A stretch of 64,000 nucleotides of DNA, from NCBI GenBank assembly GCA_965227295.1, contig OZ245742.1, positions 1,888,001-1,952,000 on the forward strand, read 5' to 3'. Source of the stretch: Leptonemataceae bacterium. GTDB taxonomy: Bacteria > Spirochaetota > Leptospiria > Leptospirales > Leptonemataceae. Positions within the stretch are counted from its first letter, which is position 1, and every line of letters starts with the position of its first letter. A program made the translations under genes and the position numbers. This document shows, one piece after another, positions 51,644-61,849 of the stretch. The notes under the pieces were generated by a model. The model did not search any database. It was not told the DNA's origin and saw nothing but the letters and a program-made list of their open reading frames with translations.

Positions 51644-52114
51644 ATGAAATTCCAGGAGCACACTACATCATATTCGACTAAGACGGCGCATCATGCGCTG
51701 AGCCCGCTGAACGAGGGCATTCAGGACAACGGCGTCCTGGACTTTTCCATTCGTTCGTTCGAGGATCATCATCTTGTGATGGTCGGGAGTTTCGATCTCG
51801 ACTACTACCAGGACGTGCAGATCGAATTCTCCGGCGTCAGTTATCTTTCCTGTCCCTCCGATTTTTCCGATGCATCGTTTCGCGAACTGGACCGCGAGGA
51901 ATGCGCGGACCTCATTGAATTTCTCGGTGAATCCCTGGATCACGAAAGCCGCGTCTTCGCGGTGGACATCGCCGATTTCTACAACGTGAACACGCACTAC
52001 ATCGTCGCCGATGACGTGGACTTTCAGTTCGGCAAAGTTTACTTCTATCCCCGCGAGAACCTGGAGCCCGGTGAAAGCATTGCGCCGTGGGTGATGGGGC
52101 AGGCCGCGGGTTGA
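51644..52114 (+). CDS. acidic hypothetical protein
   Basis: SD gggag; GSFDLDYYQDVQIEFSGVSYLSCP. Confidence 0.7.
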   Translation: MKFQEHTTSYSTKTAHHALSPLNEGIQDNGVLDFSIRSFEDHHLVMVGSFDLDYYQDVQIEFSGVSYLSCPSDFSDASFRELDREECADLIEFLGESLDHESRVFAVDIADFYNVNTHYIVADDVDFQFGKVYFYPRENLEPGESIAPWVMGQAAG

Positions 52115-52151
52115 TTTTTCTGCGCGCGGGAGGACGTTGCACCGCGCAATC

Positions 52152-53726
52152 CTACAAACACAGCTCGTCGGTTTCGAAGGCGCCGATGGAAACGGGTGCC
52201 GTGCGTGCGTTGCCGTTGCGATCCACCGTTACCGATGCAGACAGATCCACGCCGCCCTGGGTCAGCGTGCACGGCGACGTCGTCGTATAAGCGTAGGTCG
52301 TCGCATCCAGGACCGGCGCGTCCGCAAGCGTGCCGCAGCCGCCGAGGGTGAGCGGGCCGCCGCACGACGAGTTGACCATGGTCATGGTCAGCGAGGTGAT
52401 GTTTACGGCCCCCTGGTCGGCGTACGGATTGGTCGAACAGCCCGTAAGATTGTTGTTACCGAATGCGACGGGCGTGGACGAAGCATTCGATTCGAAGACG
52501 CAGTAGTTCGTCGTCCCGCCGTTGCTCACGATGAGGTTGTTGTTCATGGAGATCGTGAGCGTGCCGCCCAGCTCTATGACGCGCGTGATGCCCGTCGATG
52601 TTCCACCGGCGATGATCGTGTTGTGTTCGAGACTCGCGTTGCTCCCGGTAATCTGCACGCCGATGGAGCGCCCGGCGCCGGTCATCTCTCCGGCGATGAC
52701 GACGTTGTTCGTCATCGTATCGAGGCGGTTCCCGCCGCCGACGATGGCCACGCCGATCGTCGGCGAACTTCCATTGGATGCGCCGGCCTCGATGCGGTTC
52801 CTCGTGACGACGTTGTTCGTGCCCGTCGCCGTAACCGAAAGCGCCGTCGGCGCGAAGGCTCCGCCGCCGGTGTACGCGCCGGCCCGGATGTCGTTGTTGC
52901 GAATCGTAACGTTATCCGAAGAACCACTGAGATCGAGGCTTAGCGGACTCGTCGTTGCGGACGCCGGTGTTTCCAGGCGCAGCCCGTCGATGACGATGTC
53001 GGTCATGGAGGTGATCGTGAGTACAGTGATGCCCACGGTCGACGCGAGGATGCGCGACGTGTAAGTGTTGTTCGGATCGCGAAGCTGAAAATCCGTGGAG
53101 TAACCCCCGAAGAGCGAAACGCGCGACGCCGGAGTAATGGCGGCGGTGGTGTTGTAATCACCGGCAGCGACGTTTACGGCGCAGTACGTTCCGGCCGAAG
53201 CGCACGACGCTGTGACCGTGGTTATGGAGTTTGCGATCGTAAGTTTCGGCGCATCGCGCGTGCCGGCGTTTGCGTCGTCGCCGTCCGTGCGCACATAGGC
53301 AACGGCGTCGGCCACGAAGTAACTGTAGTTGATGTCGGCGGCGGCCAGGTTCAGGTTCGCGCTGCGGCACCCCGAGAGCGAAAGCGTGCGTGCGTCACCG
53401 GTAGTCCAGTTGGTCGCGGGCGTGAGGGTGACGACGGTGTCGTTGTTCGAGTACGATAAGCTTGCGTTGCCGAGCGTTCCGCCCGCGCTGCATGCGGACG
53501 GATCGAGTTTCGTATCGAACGTAAACGTCAGTGTGTCGTGGCGTTGGATGGCCGACGTGTTCGGTGCCGAGGTCGCAATCAGCAGCGGCGTTTGCGCGGG
53601 AACGAGATACAACAGATAGCCCAGCGCCGGATTGCATTCCGCGTCGGAAGCGAGGCAATCGGCGCTGTCGCAATGGGCAAGCCCGAGCAACAGCAAGGCG
53701 ACGGCGAAAGAACCGCGGGAACGCAC
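52152..53726 (-). CDS. surface lipoprotein: Ig-like + DUF1565/beta-helix
   Basis: Lipobox LGLAHC; Ig-like (TFTFDT...VTLTP); YVRTDGDDANAGT...PKLTI; N/I/T-rich beta-helix repeats; DRNGNAR...IGAFE tail. Confidence 0.75.
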   Translation of the reverse strand: MRSRGSFAVALLLLGLAHCDSADCLASDAECNPALGYLLYLVPAQTPLLIATSAPNTSAIQRHDTLTFTFDTKLDPSACSAGGTLGNASLSYSNNDTVVTLTPATNWTTGDARTLSLSGCRSANLNLAAADINYSYFVADAVAYVRTDGDDANAGTRDAPKLTIANSITTVTASCASAGTYCAVNVAAGDYNTTAAITPASRVSLFGGYSTDFQLRDPNNTYTSRILASTVGITVLTITSMTDIVIDGLRLETPASATTSPLSLDLSGSSDNVTIRNNDIRAGAYTGGGAFAPTALSVTATGTNNVVTRNRIEAGASNGSSPTIGVAIVGGGNRLDTMTNNVVIAGEMTGAGRSIGVQITGSNASLEHNTIIAGGTSTGITRVIELGGTLTISMNNNLIVSNGGTTNYCVFESNASSTPVAFGNNNLTGCSTNPYADQGAVNITSLTMTMVNSSCGGPLTLGGCGTLADAPVLDATTYAYTTTSPCTLTQGGVDLSASVTVDRNGNARTAPVSIGAFETDELCL

Positions 53727-53802
53727 GGGGCAAAAGTACCGTGAGCTGTTCGATGCATCAAGCGAAATACGGCCGCGGAGAACCTCTTGCCGCGTCATCC
53801 CA

Positions 53803-54882
53803 TCACTCCAACCGCCGCACCAACTCCGCCAGCTCCGGCGCCGGTGCTTCGCCGCGGCGCTTAAAGATCTTCTCACAATCACTTAAGAACCGCGCACTGT
53901 CGTAGCGATTCTCGGGGCCCCAGGCCAGCGGCGGCACGTACTTCTCCGGATGCCCGCCGAAGACGTTGGCGCCGGCGTCGATGACCGTGCCGGTGTTCAG
54001 CATGGTACCGATGGCCGTCTTCACGCAATCGCCGACGAGCGAACCGAACTTAATGCGCCCGGTGTTTACGAGCACGTTGCCTTCGACGCGCAGGCGAATC
54101 TCGCCGTAGTTGTTTTTCAGATCGCTGGTGGTCGTGAGCGCGCCCAGGTTCACCCAGCGGCCGAGGATGCTGTGGCCCACGAAACCCTCGTGGTGTTTGT
54201 TACTGAAACGATCGAAGATGGAGTTTTCGATCTCGCCGCCCGCGCGCACATGCCGGCCGAGCACGCAGCCGCCGGTGAGGCGCAGGTTATCCAGGCGCGC
54301 GTCGGGCCCGACGTAGGCCGGACCTTCGATGTAACAGAACGGCGAGACCTGCACGTTGCGGTCGAGGATGATCGGTCCGCCCCGCGTATCGAAGACCGAG
54401 CCCGGCAGCACTTCCGCATCCGAGTGCACGTGTAGATCTTTTGCATCGCCGATGATCTCGATGCCGCGCAATTCCTTTGCGTTCTTGAGTTGCGTTGTTT
54501 CGTCGTTAAGCCAGGCCTTCAGATCCGTTTCCAGTCGCTCGGGAATACGATCGAGCAAGTCCAGCAACGGCACGTACTCCGAGGTCACGATGCGATCAAA
54601 GCCGTCGACGGAGTCGTCGCGGGTGATTTCGTGCGGCGCGCGTTCCGGTTTGCGGCCCAGGGCCCGGCAGGAACGCACACCTTCGATGGAAGACACCAGG
54701 CGTTCGTAGTCGGCGTCGGCGTGGTAGTAGTAGAGCTGCGCGCCGGGTTCTTCAAAACGGCGCAGGCGTTCGAGGGTCGTGTAGATGCCGTCGCAGAGCG
54801 AGAAGATGGAACGGAAGCGTGTGAACGGCCGCGCCTCGGGGCGGTCGTCGTCGATCAGCAGAATTTTCGCGGGCTCCGTCAC
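53803..54882 (-). CDS. GlmU-family protein with left-handed beta-helix (putative GlcN-1-P acetyltransferase)
   Basis: GPIILD; IEGPAYVG; GGEIENS; NKHHEGFVGHS; NLGALTTTSDLKNNY; downstream of glmS. Confidence 0.8.
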   Translation of the reverse strand: MTEPAKILLIDDDRPEARPFTRFRSIFSLCDGIYTTLERLRRFEEPGAQLYYYHADADYERLVSSIEGVRSCRALGRKPERAPHEITRDDSVDGFDRIVTSEYVPLLDLLDRIPERLETDLKAWLNDETTQLKNAKELRGIEIIGDAKDLHVHSDAEVLPGSVFDTRGGPIILDRNVQVSPFCYIEGPAYVGPDARLDNLRLTGGCVLGRHVRAGGEIENSIFDRFSNKHHEGFVGHSILGRWVNLGALTTTSDLKNNYGEIRLRVEGNVLVNTGRIKFGSLVGDCVKTAIGTMLNTGTVIDAGANVFGGHPEKYVPPLAWGPENRYDSARFLSDCEKIFKRRGEAPAPELAELVRRLE

Positions 54883-54933
54883 GGACGGACAGTGTGACTA
54901 CAGCCCGCCGGATTCGGAAACCGATTTTTTAAC

Positions 54934-56769
54934 TTACTCCACCGTCACCGACTTTGCCAGGTTTCGCGGCTGATCCGGCTCACAACCGCGTTCCACGGCG
55001 ACATAGTACGCGAGCAGTTGCAGCGGCAGAACCGCGAGCAGCGGGGAAAGAAGTTCCGGACAGTCCGGAATCGCGAAGCTGTAGTCCGACATGGACGGGA
55101 CCAACTCGTCGCCTTCCGTGTGGATGGAGATGATCTTACCTTTGCGGGCGCGTACTTCTTCGATGTTCGAAACCATCTTCTCGTAGATGTCGCCCTTCGG
55201 AGCAATGCAGACCACCGGCACCTCATCGGTGATGAGGGCGATGGGGCCGTGCTTGAATTCGCCGCCGGCATAACCCGAGGCGTGAATGTACGAAATCTCT
55301 TTGAGCTTGAGTGCGCCTTCGAGAGCCGTGGGATGATTCCAGGAGCGGCCCAGAAAAACGAAGTCCTTCGTTTCGCGGAAGTCCTTCGCCCATTCCTTGA
55401 TGACGTCCGCGCGTTCCAGAATGGCGTCCATGTGGTCCGGCAGGCGCCGAATGTGTTCGAAGAGTTCCTGACGTTCCTCTTTGCCGACGAGCCACTTAAT
55501 GCCGCCGAGAAAAACCGAGTACAACAGAAGATGCAACAACTGCGCGGTATAGGCCTTCGTGGAGGCCACACCGATTTCCGGGCCGGCCATGAGATCGATG
55601 TAGGCGTCCGACTCGCGGGCGATGGTGGAGTTGACGTTGTTCACGAACGAGAGCACGCGCAGGAACTTCGCCTTGGCTTCGTAGATGCCGGCGATGGTGT
55701 CCGCGGTTTCGCCGGACTGGGAGATGGCGATGACCTTCGTGTCTCCCTCGGCCACGGGGTTGCGGTAGCGAAACTCGGAAGATAGATCCACCTCGGTGGA
55801 GACCTTGGTCAAACGTTCGAGGTACATCTTACCGACCATGCCGGCGTGCCAGGAGGTCCCCGCGCTTACGATCATGAGGCGCGAGAGCCGCACCAGGGAT
55901 TCGTTGGAGCCGGCCTTTTCGGGAAACAATACTTTGCCGTTCTCGCCGATGCGCTCCTGGATGATGCGCCGGAACATGCCGGGTTGCTCCATGATCTCTT
56001 TGAGCATGAAGTGATCAAAGCCGCCCTTGTCCAGGTCGCTCACTTTGATTTCGATCTTCTTGAGTTCGTAGGGGACCTCGTTGCTCCCGTCACCATTGTA
56101 CACGTGCAGTTTGTCTTTGGTGATCCAGCCCCACTGGCCGTTTTCGAAGATGTAGTGTTCGTAGGCCAGGGGCACGACCGCGGGAACGTCGGAGGCCAGG
56201 AACGCCTCGCCGCGGCCCTGGCCGTAAATCAGCGGGGAACCGTCCCGGGCGAAGAAGATGCGATCGGGCGTTTCGTCGTAGATCAGCACGAAGGCGTAGC
56301 GGCCTTCCAGGCGACGGACGGTGGCGTGCACGGCCTCTTCGATGGACTTTCCTTTCTTAATATAGTCTTCGACCAGGTGCGGGATGATTTCGGTGTCCGT
56401 GTCCGAATGGAAGACGTGGCCTTCGCGAATGAGTTCGTGGCGGAGTTCGTAATGATTCTCGATGATGCCGTTATGCGCCACGGCGATGTGCTTGTTTTCG
56501 TCGGTGTGCGGGTGGGCGTTGGTTCGATTGGGCTCGCCGTGAGTGGCCCAGCGCGTGTGACCGATGCCCATGCGGCCTTCCACGGGGTGGTCGTGGAGCA
56601 GGGCCTCCAGGTCTTTGATTTTGCCTTTCTCTTTACGAACGTGGATTTCGCCTTTGTCGAGGATGGCGACGCCGGCCGAATCGTAACCACGGTATTCCAG
56701 GCGCGTCAAACCTACCAGCAGGACCGAGTCCACGGACTTCGGGCCGATATAACCGACGATACCACACAT
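54934..56769 (-). CDS. glmS: glutamine--fructose-6-phosphate aminotransferase
   Basis: MCGIVG; LEYRGYDSAG; GHTRWATHG; SQSGETAD; QPRNLAKSVTVE. Confidence 0.98.
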   Translation of the reverse strand: MCGIVGYIGPKSVDSVLLVGLTRLEYRGYDSAGVAILDKGEIHVRKEKGKIKDLEALLHDHPVEGRMGIGHTRWATHGEPNRTNAHPHTDENKHIAVAHNGIIENHYELRHELIREGHVFHSDTDTEIIPHLVEDYIKKGKSIEEAVHATVRRLEGRYAFVLIYDETPDRIFFARDGSPLIYGQGRGEAFLASDVPAVVPLAYEHYIFENGQWGWITKDKLHVYNGDGSNEVPYELKKIEIKVSDLDKGGFDHFMLKEIMEQPGMFRRIIQERIGENGKVLFPEKAGSNESLVRLSRLMIVSAGTSWHAGMVGKMYLERLTKVSTEVDLSSEFRYRNPVAEGDTKVIAISQSGETADTIAGIYEAKAKFLRVLSFVNNVNSTIARESDAYIDLMAGPEIGVASTKAYTAQLLHLLLYSVFLGGIKWLVGKEERQELFEHIRRLPDHMDAILERADVIKEWAKDFRETKDFVFLGRSWNHPTALEGALKLKEISYIHASGYAGGEFKHGPIALITDEVPVVCIAPKGDIYEKMVSNIEEVRARKGKIISIHTEGDELVPSMSDYSFAIPDCPELLSPLLAVLPLQLLAYYVAVERGCEPDQPRNLAKSVTVE

Positions 56770-56944
56770 AATCGGCCAAGGATTTAGAAGCGGGACCCCG
56801 GATCAAGGACGAAAGACATCACAATTTCCCTCTACAGATGTAAGTGTGGCGGAAGGGATACACACCTGCTTTGAGAAAAATCAACGGCCTCGCAAAGAAA
56901 GTTCCTTCTATATAAAAGCCGCCGTGAAATCACGGGAAAACACT

Positions 56945-58027
56945 ATGACGCGTATAGTCGCCACCGCGACCGGCCTGCCGGCGAACTACTACAGCCAGGA
57001 CGATCTTATCGCCGCCTTTCGGAGTATCTGGGCCGGGCGGCACTACAACCTGGACCGCCTGGAGCAATTCCACCGCAACGTCCTCGTCGGAGGCCGGCAC
57101 CTGGCGCTGACCATTGACGAATACCAGGCCCTGAAGGGCTTCGGAGATTCCAACGACGCCTGGACCCGCGTGGCCCTGCAGCTCGCCGAAGAAACCGTAA
57201 GCGCCCTCCTGGAAAAAGCGCGGCTTCCGGCCAGGGGCGTCCACCAGATCGTCTTCACGACCGTGACCGGTCTGGCTGTGCCCTCGATCGAAGCGCGGCT
57301 CATGAACCGTCTGGATTTCGACACTGCCACCAAGCGCGTGCCGCTCTTCGGCCTGGGTTGCCTGGCCGGCGCCGCGGGCCTCGCTCGATTGTACGATTAC
57401 CTGCACGGCCATCCGGACGAGGCGGGCATTCTGCTTTCGGTGGAACTGTGTTCATTGACGTTGCAGCGCGAAGACCTGTCGATTCCGAACATCATCTCGA
57501 GCGGTCTCTTCGGCGACGGCGCCGCCGCGGTGTTGATGGCCGGCGCGAACCATCCGCTCTCCAACGCCGGCGGCGACTTTCTGGAACATCCGCGGCCGAA
57601 GGTCCTCGGCTCCAGGTCGATCTTCTTTCCCGACTCGGAGCGGGTGATGGGCTGGGACATCGTCGACAGCGGATTCAAAGTCGTGCTGTCGTCGGACGTG
57701 GCGCCGTTCACGCGGACGCACTTGCGGCCGGGCGTGGACGCGTTCTTAAGTGAGTATGATCTTACCTTAAAGGACATGGGCGTGTTTGTCGCCCATCCCG
57801 GCGGACCGAAAGTCATTGAAGCCATGGCCGAGGCCCTCGAGATCGACGTGAGCGAGCTGCAACTCTCATTGGACAGCCTGGCGCAGGTCGGCAATCTTTC
57901 GTCGGCGTCGGTGCTCTTCGTCCTTCAGGAAACGCTCAAACAAAAACGGCCCGCGCCGGGAACCTACGGTTTGCTGATGGCCATGGGCCCGGCCTTCTCG
58001 GCGGAGGCCGTGTTGTTGCAGTGGTGA
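56945..58027 (+). CDS. type III polyketide synthase
   Basis: Catalytic Cys (GLGCLAG), His (HPGG), Asn (GNLSSAS); VELCSL; LFGDGAAA; MGPAF. Confidence 0.93.
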   Translation: MTRIVATATGLPANYYSQDDLIAAFRSIWAGRHYNLDRLEQFHRNVLVGGRHLALTIDEYQALKGFGDSNDAWTRVALQLAEETVSALLEKARLPARGVHQIVFTTVTGLAVPSIEARLMNRLDFDTATKRVPLFGLGCLAGAAGLARLYDYLHGHPDEAGILLSVELCSLTLQREDLSIPNIISSGLFGDGAAAVLMAGANHPLSNAGGDFLEHPRPKVLGSRSIFFPDSERVMGWDIVDSGFKVVLSSDVAPFTRTHLRPGVDAFLSEYDLTLKDMGVFVAHPGGPKVIEAMAEALEIDVSELQLSLDSLAQVGNLSSASVLFVLQETLKQKRPAPGTYGLLMAMGPAFSAEAVLLQW

Positions 58028-58032
58028 TTCCC

Positions 58033-58635
58033 ATGCCGGATATCATCTTACATATTACACCAACGAAAGTCGCCTTTCTCGTTTTCGTCCTGCTGCTCGC
58101 CGTGCAGCGCATTTTTGAGTTGCGACTCAGCAAACGTAACGAGGCCGCCATGCTGGCCCGGGGCGGCCGGGAGCATGCGCCCGGGCATTTCCGATTTATG
58201 AAGGTCGTGCACACGCTCTGGTTCGTGGCCATGATCGTGGAAGTCCTGTTGTCGCCGTACGCCTGGTTTGTCTCGCTCATTGCCGGGCCGGCCTTCGTTT
58301 TCTTTTTGCTCGGCCAGTATCTGCGCTACGCGGCGATTCGTACGTTGGGCGCGCGCTGGTCGGTGAAGATCCTCACGGTGCCGGGGGAACAATCCGTGGC
58401 GCGGGGCATCTATCAGTACATTCGCCACCCGAACTACCTGGGCGTGATCCTGGAAATCGTTGCGGTGCCGCTCTTGCACGGCGCCTGGATCACGGCGTTA
58501 GTGTTTTCGATTTTGAACGGGATCGTGTTGTGGATTCGCATTCGTGCGGAGGAGCAGGCGTTGGTGGAAGTGAACGAGTACGCTGCGAACTTTGCCGGGC
58601 GGCCGAGATTTGTTCCGGGGCTGTCCTCGGAGTGA
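58033..58635 (+). CDS. ICMT-family membrane methyltransferase (SrsB/BpsB-like)
   Basis: QRIFELRLSKRN; LGARWSVKI; GIYQYIRHPNY; RIRAEEQAL. Confidence 0.9.
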   Translation: MPDIILHITPTKVAFLVFVLLLAVQRIFELRLSKRNEAAMLARGGREHAPGHFRFMKVVHTLWFVAMIVEVLLSPYAWFVSLIAGPAFVFFLLGQYLRYAAIRTLGARWSVKILTVPGEQSVARGIYQYIRHPNYLGVILEIVAVPLLHGAWITALVFSILNGIVLWIRIRAEEQALVEVNEYAANFAGRPRFVPGLSSE

Positions 58636-58642
58636 AAAAATC

Positions 58643-58894
58643 ATGAACGATACTGAAATCGAAAACGCCGTCGCCGCTGTCCTCCGCGATCAGTGCAACG
58701 TGACGAAGGACATTACCTCGCAGTCGCGACTGGCGGAGGACCTGGGCCTGGACTCCGTGGGCATGTTGACCATGGCCGTAGAAGTGGAAAATTATTTCCA
58801 GACCGTGCTCGGTGAGGCGCCGGAAAAGCCGCCACGGACGGTGGCGGACGTCGTGGCCTTGCTGCGTGAACGACTCTCGGAGCAGGGACGCTAA
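58643..58894 (+). CDS. acyl carrier protein
   Basis: DLGLDSVG phosphopantetheine motif. Confidence 0.88.
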   Translation: MNDTEIENAVAAVLRDQCNVTKDITSQSRLAEDLGLDSVGMLTMAVEVENYFQTVLGEAPEKPPRTVADVVALLRERLSEQGR

Positions 58895-58899
58895 TATTC

Positions 58900-60594
58900 A
58901 TGGAAAACACATTAACGCAGGCTCTGGTGAACGCGGCGCGGACCGGCGACGGGGTGCGCTTCTTTTCCCGGAGCGGCAATGTAGAGGTCTTCCCGTACTC
59001 TCGATTGCGTGAAGACGCCGCTCGCGCCGCCGGTCACCTGCGCGCCGCCGGCGTCAGGCCCGGCGATACGGTGGCCTTGATTCTCTCTACATCCTACGAA
59101 TTGGTGACGGCCATCTTCGGTGTCCTGTTCGCCCGGGCCGTGCCGACGTGCCTCGCCACGCCGCGTTTGGGTCGCATGAACGACTACGCCGAAGCGACGA
59201 CCGCGATGCTGAATGCGGCCCGGGCCAGGCTGCTGGTTACGGACGCGAGCGCAACGAAGTCCATCGCCCCCATTGCCGCGAACGCGGAACTGCGGCCCGC
59301 CGTAATGACTCCGGACGCCTTAATGCAAGATGGTACGCAATTAGAGGAAGACGTCTCCCCCGACGACCTGGCGTTGATTCAGTTCTCCAGCGGCACGACG
59401 GTGGCGCCGAAGCCGGTGGGGCTGAGTCACGGCAACATCACGGCGAACGCCCGGGCTATCCTCAGTACGTTTCCGGGGAATATTAGCGATCATAGCGGTT
59501 GCTCCTGGCTGCCGTTGCACCACGACATGGGGCTCATCGGCGGCCTGTTTACGGCGGTCCTGGCACCCGGCAACATGACGTTTCTGCGGCCGGAAGACTT
59601 CATCGCCCGGCCGGCGACCTGGCTGCGCGCGCTGAGCGAGTCGAAGGCGACAATCTGTCCGGCGCCGAACTTCGCGCTGCAAATCTGCACGGATCGCATC
59701 AAGGACGAAGAGATTGCGGAGCTGGACCTGTCGCACTGGGAGATTGCGTTGATCGGGGCCGAGACCGTGCGTGAACACACCCTGCGTCGTTTCGCGGATC
59801 GTTTCGCACCGGCGGGCTTTCGCTACGAGAGTTTCACGCCGGTCTACGGTCTGGCCGAAGCAACACTCGCGGTAACTTTTAGTGACCCAGGGTTAGCGCC
59901 GAAGTCCGTGCGGTTGCGGCGTGCGGACCTGGGTGAGGGGCGGGTGAGCGCGTTGAACGGTTCCGCGGCCGTGGAGGATACCCCGGACGCCGTTTCCGTC
60001 ATGAGCGTGGGCCGGCCCCTGGACGGCATGGAGCTGCAGATCCGGAATGCGGAAGGCGGCGTCCTTCCGGAGGATCGGGTGGGGCGCATCTTCGTACGCG
60101 GGGCTTCGGTGATGCAGGGCTACTTCGGCCGCGCGGAAGACACGGCGGCGGCCGTGCAGGACGACGGCTTTCTGGATACCGGTGATCTGGGTTTCTTGCA
60201 CGACGGCGAACTCTACATTTACGGCCGGGAAAAAGACATCATCATTCTCAACGGACGCAATCACGATCCGCAGACGATTGAGTTCGCTCTGGATCGTGTC
60301 GCCGGTTTGCAGCACGAACGCGCGGCGGCCGTGCCCATCGAAGATGCCGGGCGCGGAACAGAGGGCTTCGCGGTTATCGTCGAAAAAGAGAAGGGCAAGG
60401 GCGTGGACCCGGAGGACCTGGCCGTGCAGGCGCGGGAAGCCGTGATCGGCGCCACGGGGCTCATTCCCGACCGGGTCGTGGTGCTGGAGATCGGTCGCCT
60501 GCCGCGGACCACGAGCGGTAAGATCAAACGCGGGACCGCGCGCGAACTTTTGCTGAGTGACGGTCTGGAGATCTTAGCGCTTAGCGAGCGGTGA
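58900..60594 (+). CDS. fatty acyl-AMP ligase (FAAL)
   Basis: QFSSGTTVAPK; SWLPLHHDMGLIG; VYGLAEATL; DTGDLGF; LPRTTSGKIKR. Confidence 0.9.
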   Translation: MENTLTQALVNAARTGDGVRFFSRSGNVEVFPYSRLREDAARAAGHLRAAGVRPGDTVALILSTSYELVTAIFGVLFARAVPTCLATPRLGRMNDYAEATTAMLNAARARLLVTDASATKSIAPIAANAELRPAVMTPDALMQDGTQLEEDVSPDDLALIQFSSGTTVAPKPVGLSHGNITANARAILSTFPGNISDHSGCSWLPLHHDMGLIGGLFTAVLAPGNMTFLRPEDFIARPATWLRALSESKATICPAPNFALQICTDRIKDEEIAELDLSHWEIALIGAETVREHTLRRFADRFAPAGFRYESFTPVYGLAEATLAVTFSDPGLAPKSVRLRRADLGEGRVSALNGSAAVEDTPDAVSVMSVGRPLDGMELQIRNAEGGVLPEDRVGRIFVRGASVMQGYFGRAEDTAAAVQDDGFLDTGDLGFLHDGELYIYGREKDIIILNGRNHDPQTIEFALDRVAGLQHERAAAVPIEDAGRGTEGFAVIVEKEKGKGVDPEDLAVQAREAVIGATGLIPDRVVVLEIGRLPRTTSGKIKRGTARELLLSDGLEILALSER

Positions 60595-60598
60595 GAGC

Positions 60599-61840
60599 GT
60601 GACCGCGGAGTACGACATCGTCATTGTGGGCGGCGGCCCCGCCGGACTCGCCGCGGCGATCGTTTCCGGACGCAACGGGCTGCGCACGTTAGTTGTAGAT
60701 CGCAAGAAGTTACCAAACGAACATAAAGTCTGCGGGGAAGGTTTGATGCCCTCGGGACTCGCGGTGCTGGAAAACCTGGGCGTACTCAAACATCTCGGTA
60801 CGGCGGATTCCCGGGAATTCCGCGGCATTCGTTATACGATGGACGGTGCTCCCGGGAGCGTCGTGGCGGCGGAGTTTGCGGAAGGCCCCGGCCGCGGCAT
60901 TGCCCGGCGGAACCTGGCGCGGGCCATGCTCGCGCGTCTGGCGAACTTTGAGTGCGTGGACGTGACCGGAGAAAGGCGCTGCGTGGCGCTGGAAAAAAGC
61001 GACGGCGGAATGCGACTGGTCCTGGCGGATCTTAGCGGGCGACGGACCGGCATCGCGGCGCGTCTGGTGCTGGGTGCGGACGGACTGAGTTCTACTGTGC
61101 GTAAGTTAGCGGGTCTGGATCGTACCGGCGCGCGATCCGCAGGCAAACGACCACGTTGGGGCGCACGCTGGCACTTCCCGGTGACGCCCTGGACGGAAGG
61201 ATTGGTGGACGTGCATTTTGCCGCGTCCCATGCGGGCGGCAGCATGGAAGCCTATGTAACGCCCGTCGGCCCGAACGAAACCGGCGTCGCCTTTTTGTGG
61301 GATCGTGAACGTTTGTCGGCAGCCCGCGGCGCCGCCCTTCATGAGACGTTACTTGCGGAGTTCCCGGAAATTCAGGCCCGCATTGCGAACGCAGAGCCGT
61401 TGCCGGACGGCGGCGCGGTGGGCCCGCTGCGTCGTCGCGCGACGGCTCAAACGGCGGACGGTGTCGTGCTGATGGGCGACGCTGCCGGTTACCTCGACGC
61501 CATGACCGGGGAGGGCCTGTCGCTTGCGTTTGAGCAGGCCCTGGCGTTCGAGGAGTGCGTGATTCCGGCGCTAAGTTGCGATAAACACAAGCTTGTATCG
61601 AGTCAGGCGCTCCGCGGTTATCAGCGTCGCTATCGCGGCATTGTGCGCAGCTATTATCTTACGACGAACCTCGTGTTGTGGTTGTCCCGGCATCCGCGAT
61701 TGTTCGCCCGGGTGTTGCGCGGACTCGCGCATCGCCCCGCGGTGTTTCAGCACATGCTCTCGGTGAATATGGGTACGCGATCCGTGCTGGCGTTGCCCGT
61801 GGCTGAGTTGCCGGGATTTGCCTGGGGTACGGTGCGCTGA
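60599..61840 (+). CDS. FAD-dependent oxidoreductase/monooxygenase (SrsC-like)
   Basis: VGGGPAG; KVCGEGLMP; GADG; GDAAGYLDAMTGEG. Confidence 0.88.
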   Translation: MTAEYDIVIVGGGPAGLAAAIVSGRNGLRTLVVDRKKLPNEHKVCGEGLMPSGLAVLENLGVLKHLGTADSREFRGIRYTMDGAPGSVVAAEFAEGPGRGIARRNLARAMLARLANFECVDVTGERRCVALEKSDGGMRLVLADLSGRRTGIAARLVLGADGLSSTVRKLAGLDRTGARSAGKRPRWGARWHFPVTPWTEGLVDVHFAASHAGGSMEAYVTPVGPNETGVAFLWDRERLSAARGAALHETLLAEFPEIQARIANAEPLPDGGAVGPLRRRATAQTADGVVLMGDAAGYLDAMTGEGLSLAFEQALAFEECVIPALSCDKHKLVSSQALRGYQRRYRGIVRSYYLTTNLVLWLSRHPRLFARVLRGLAHRPAVFQHMLSVNMGTRSVLALPVAELPGFAWGTVR

Positions 61841-61849
61841 GCCGCCGTG

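Noticed and set aside
56770-56944. glmS ribozyme
   Set aside because: The short divergent intergenic region has no recognisable ribozyme core
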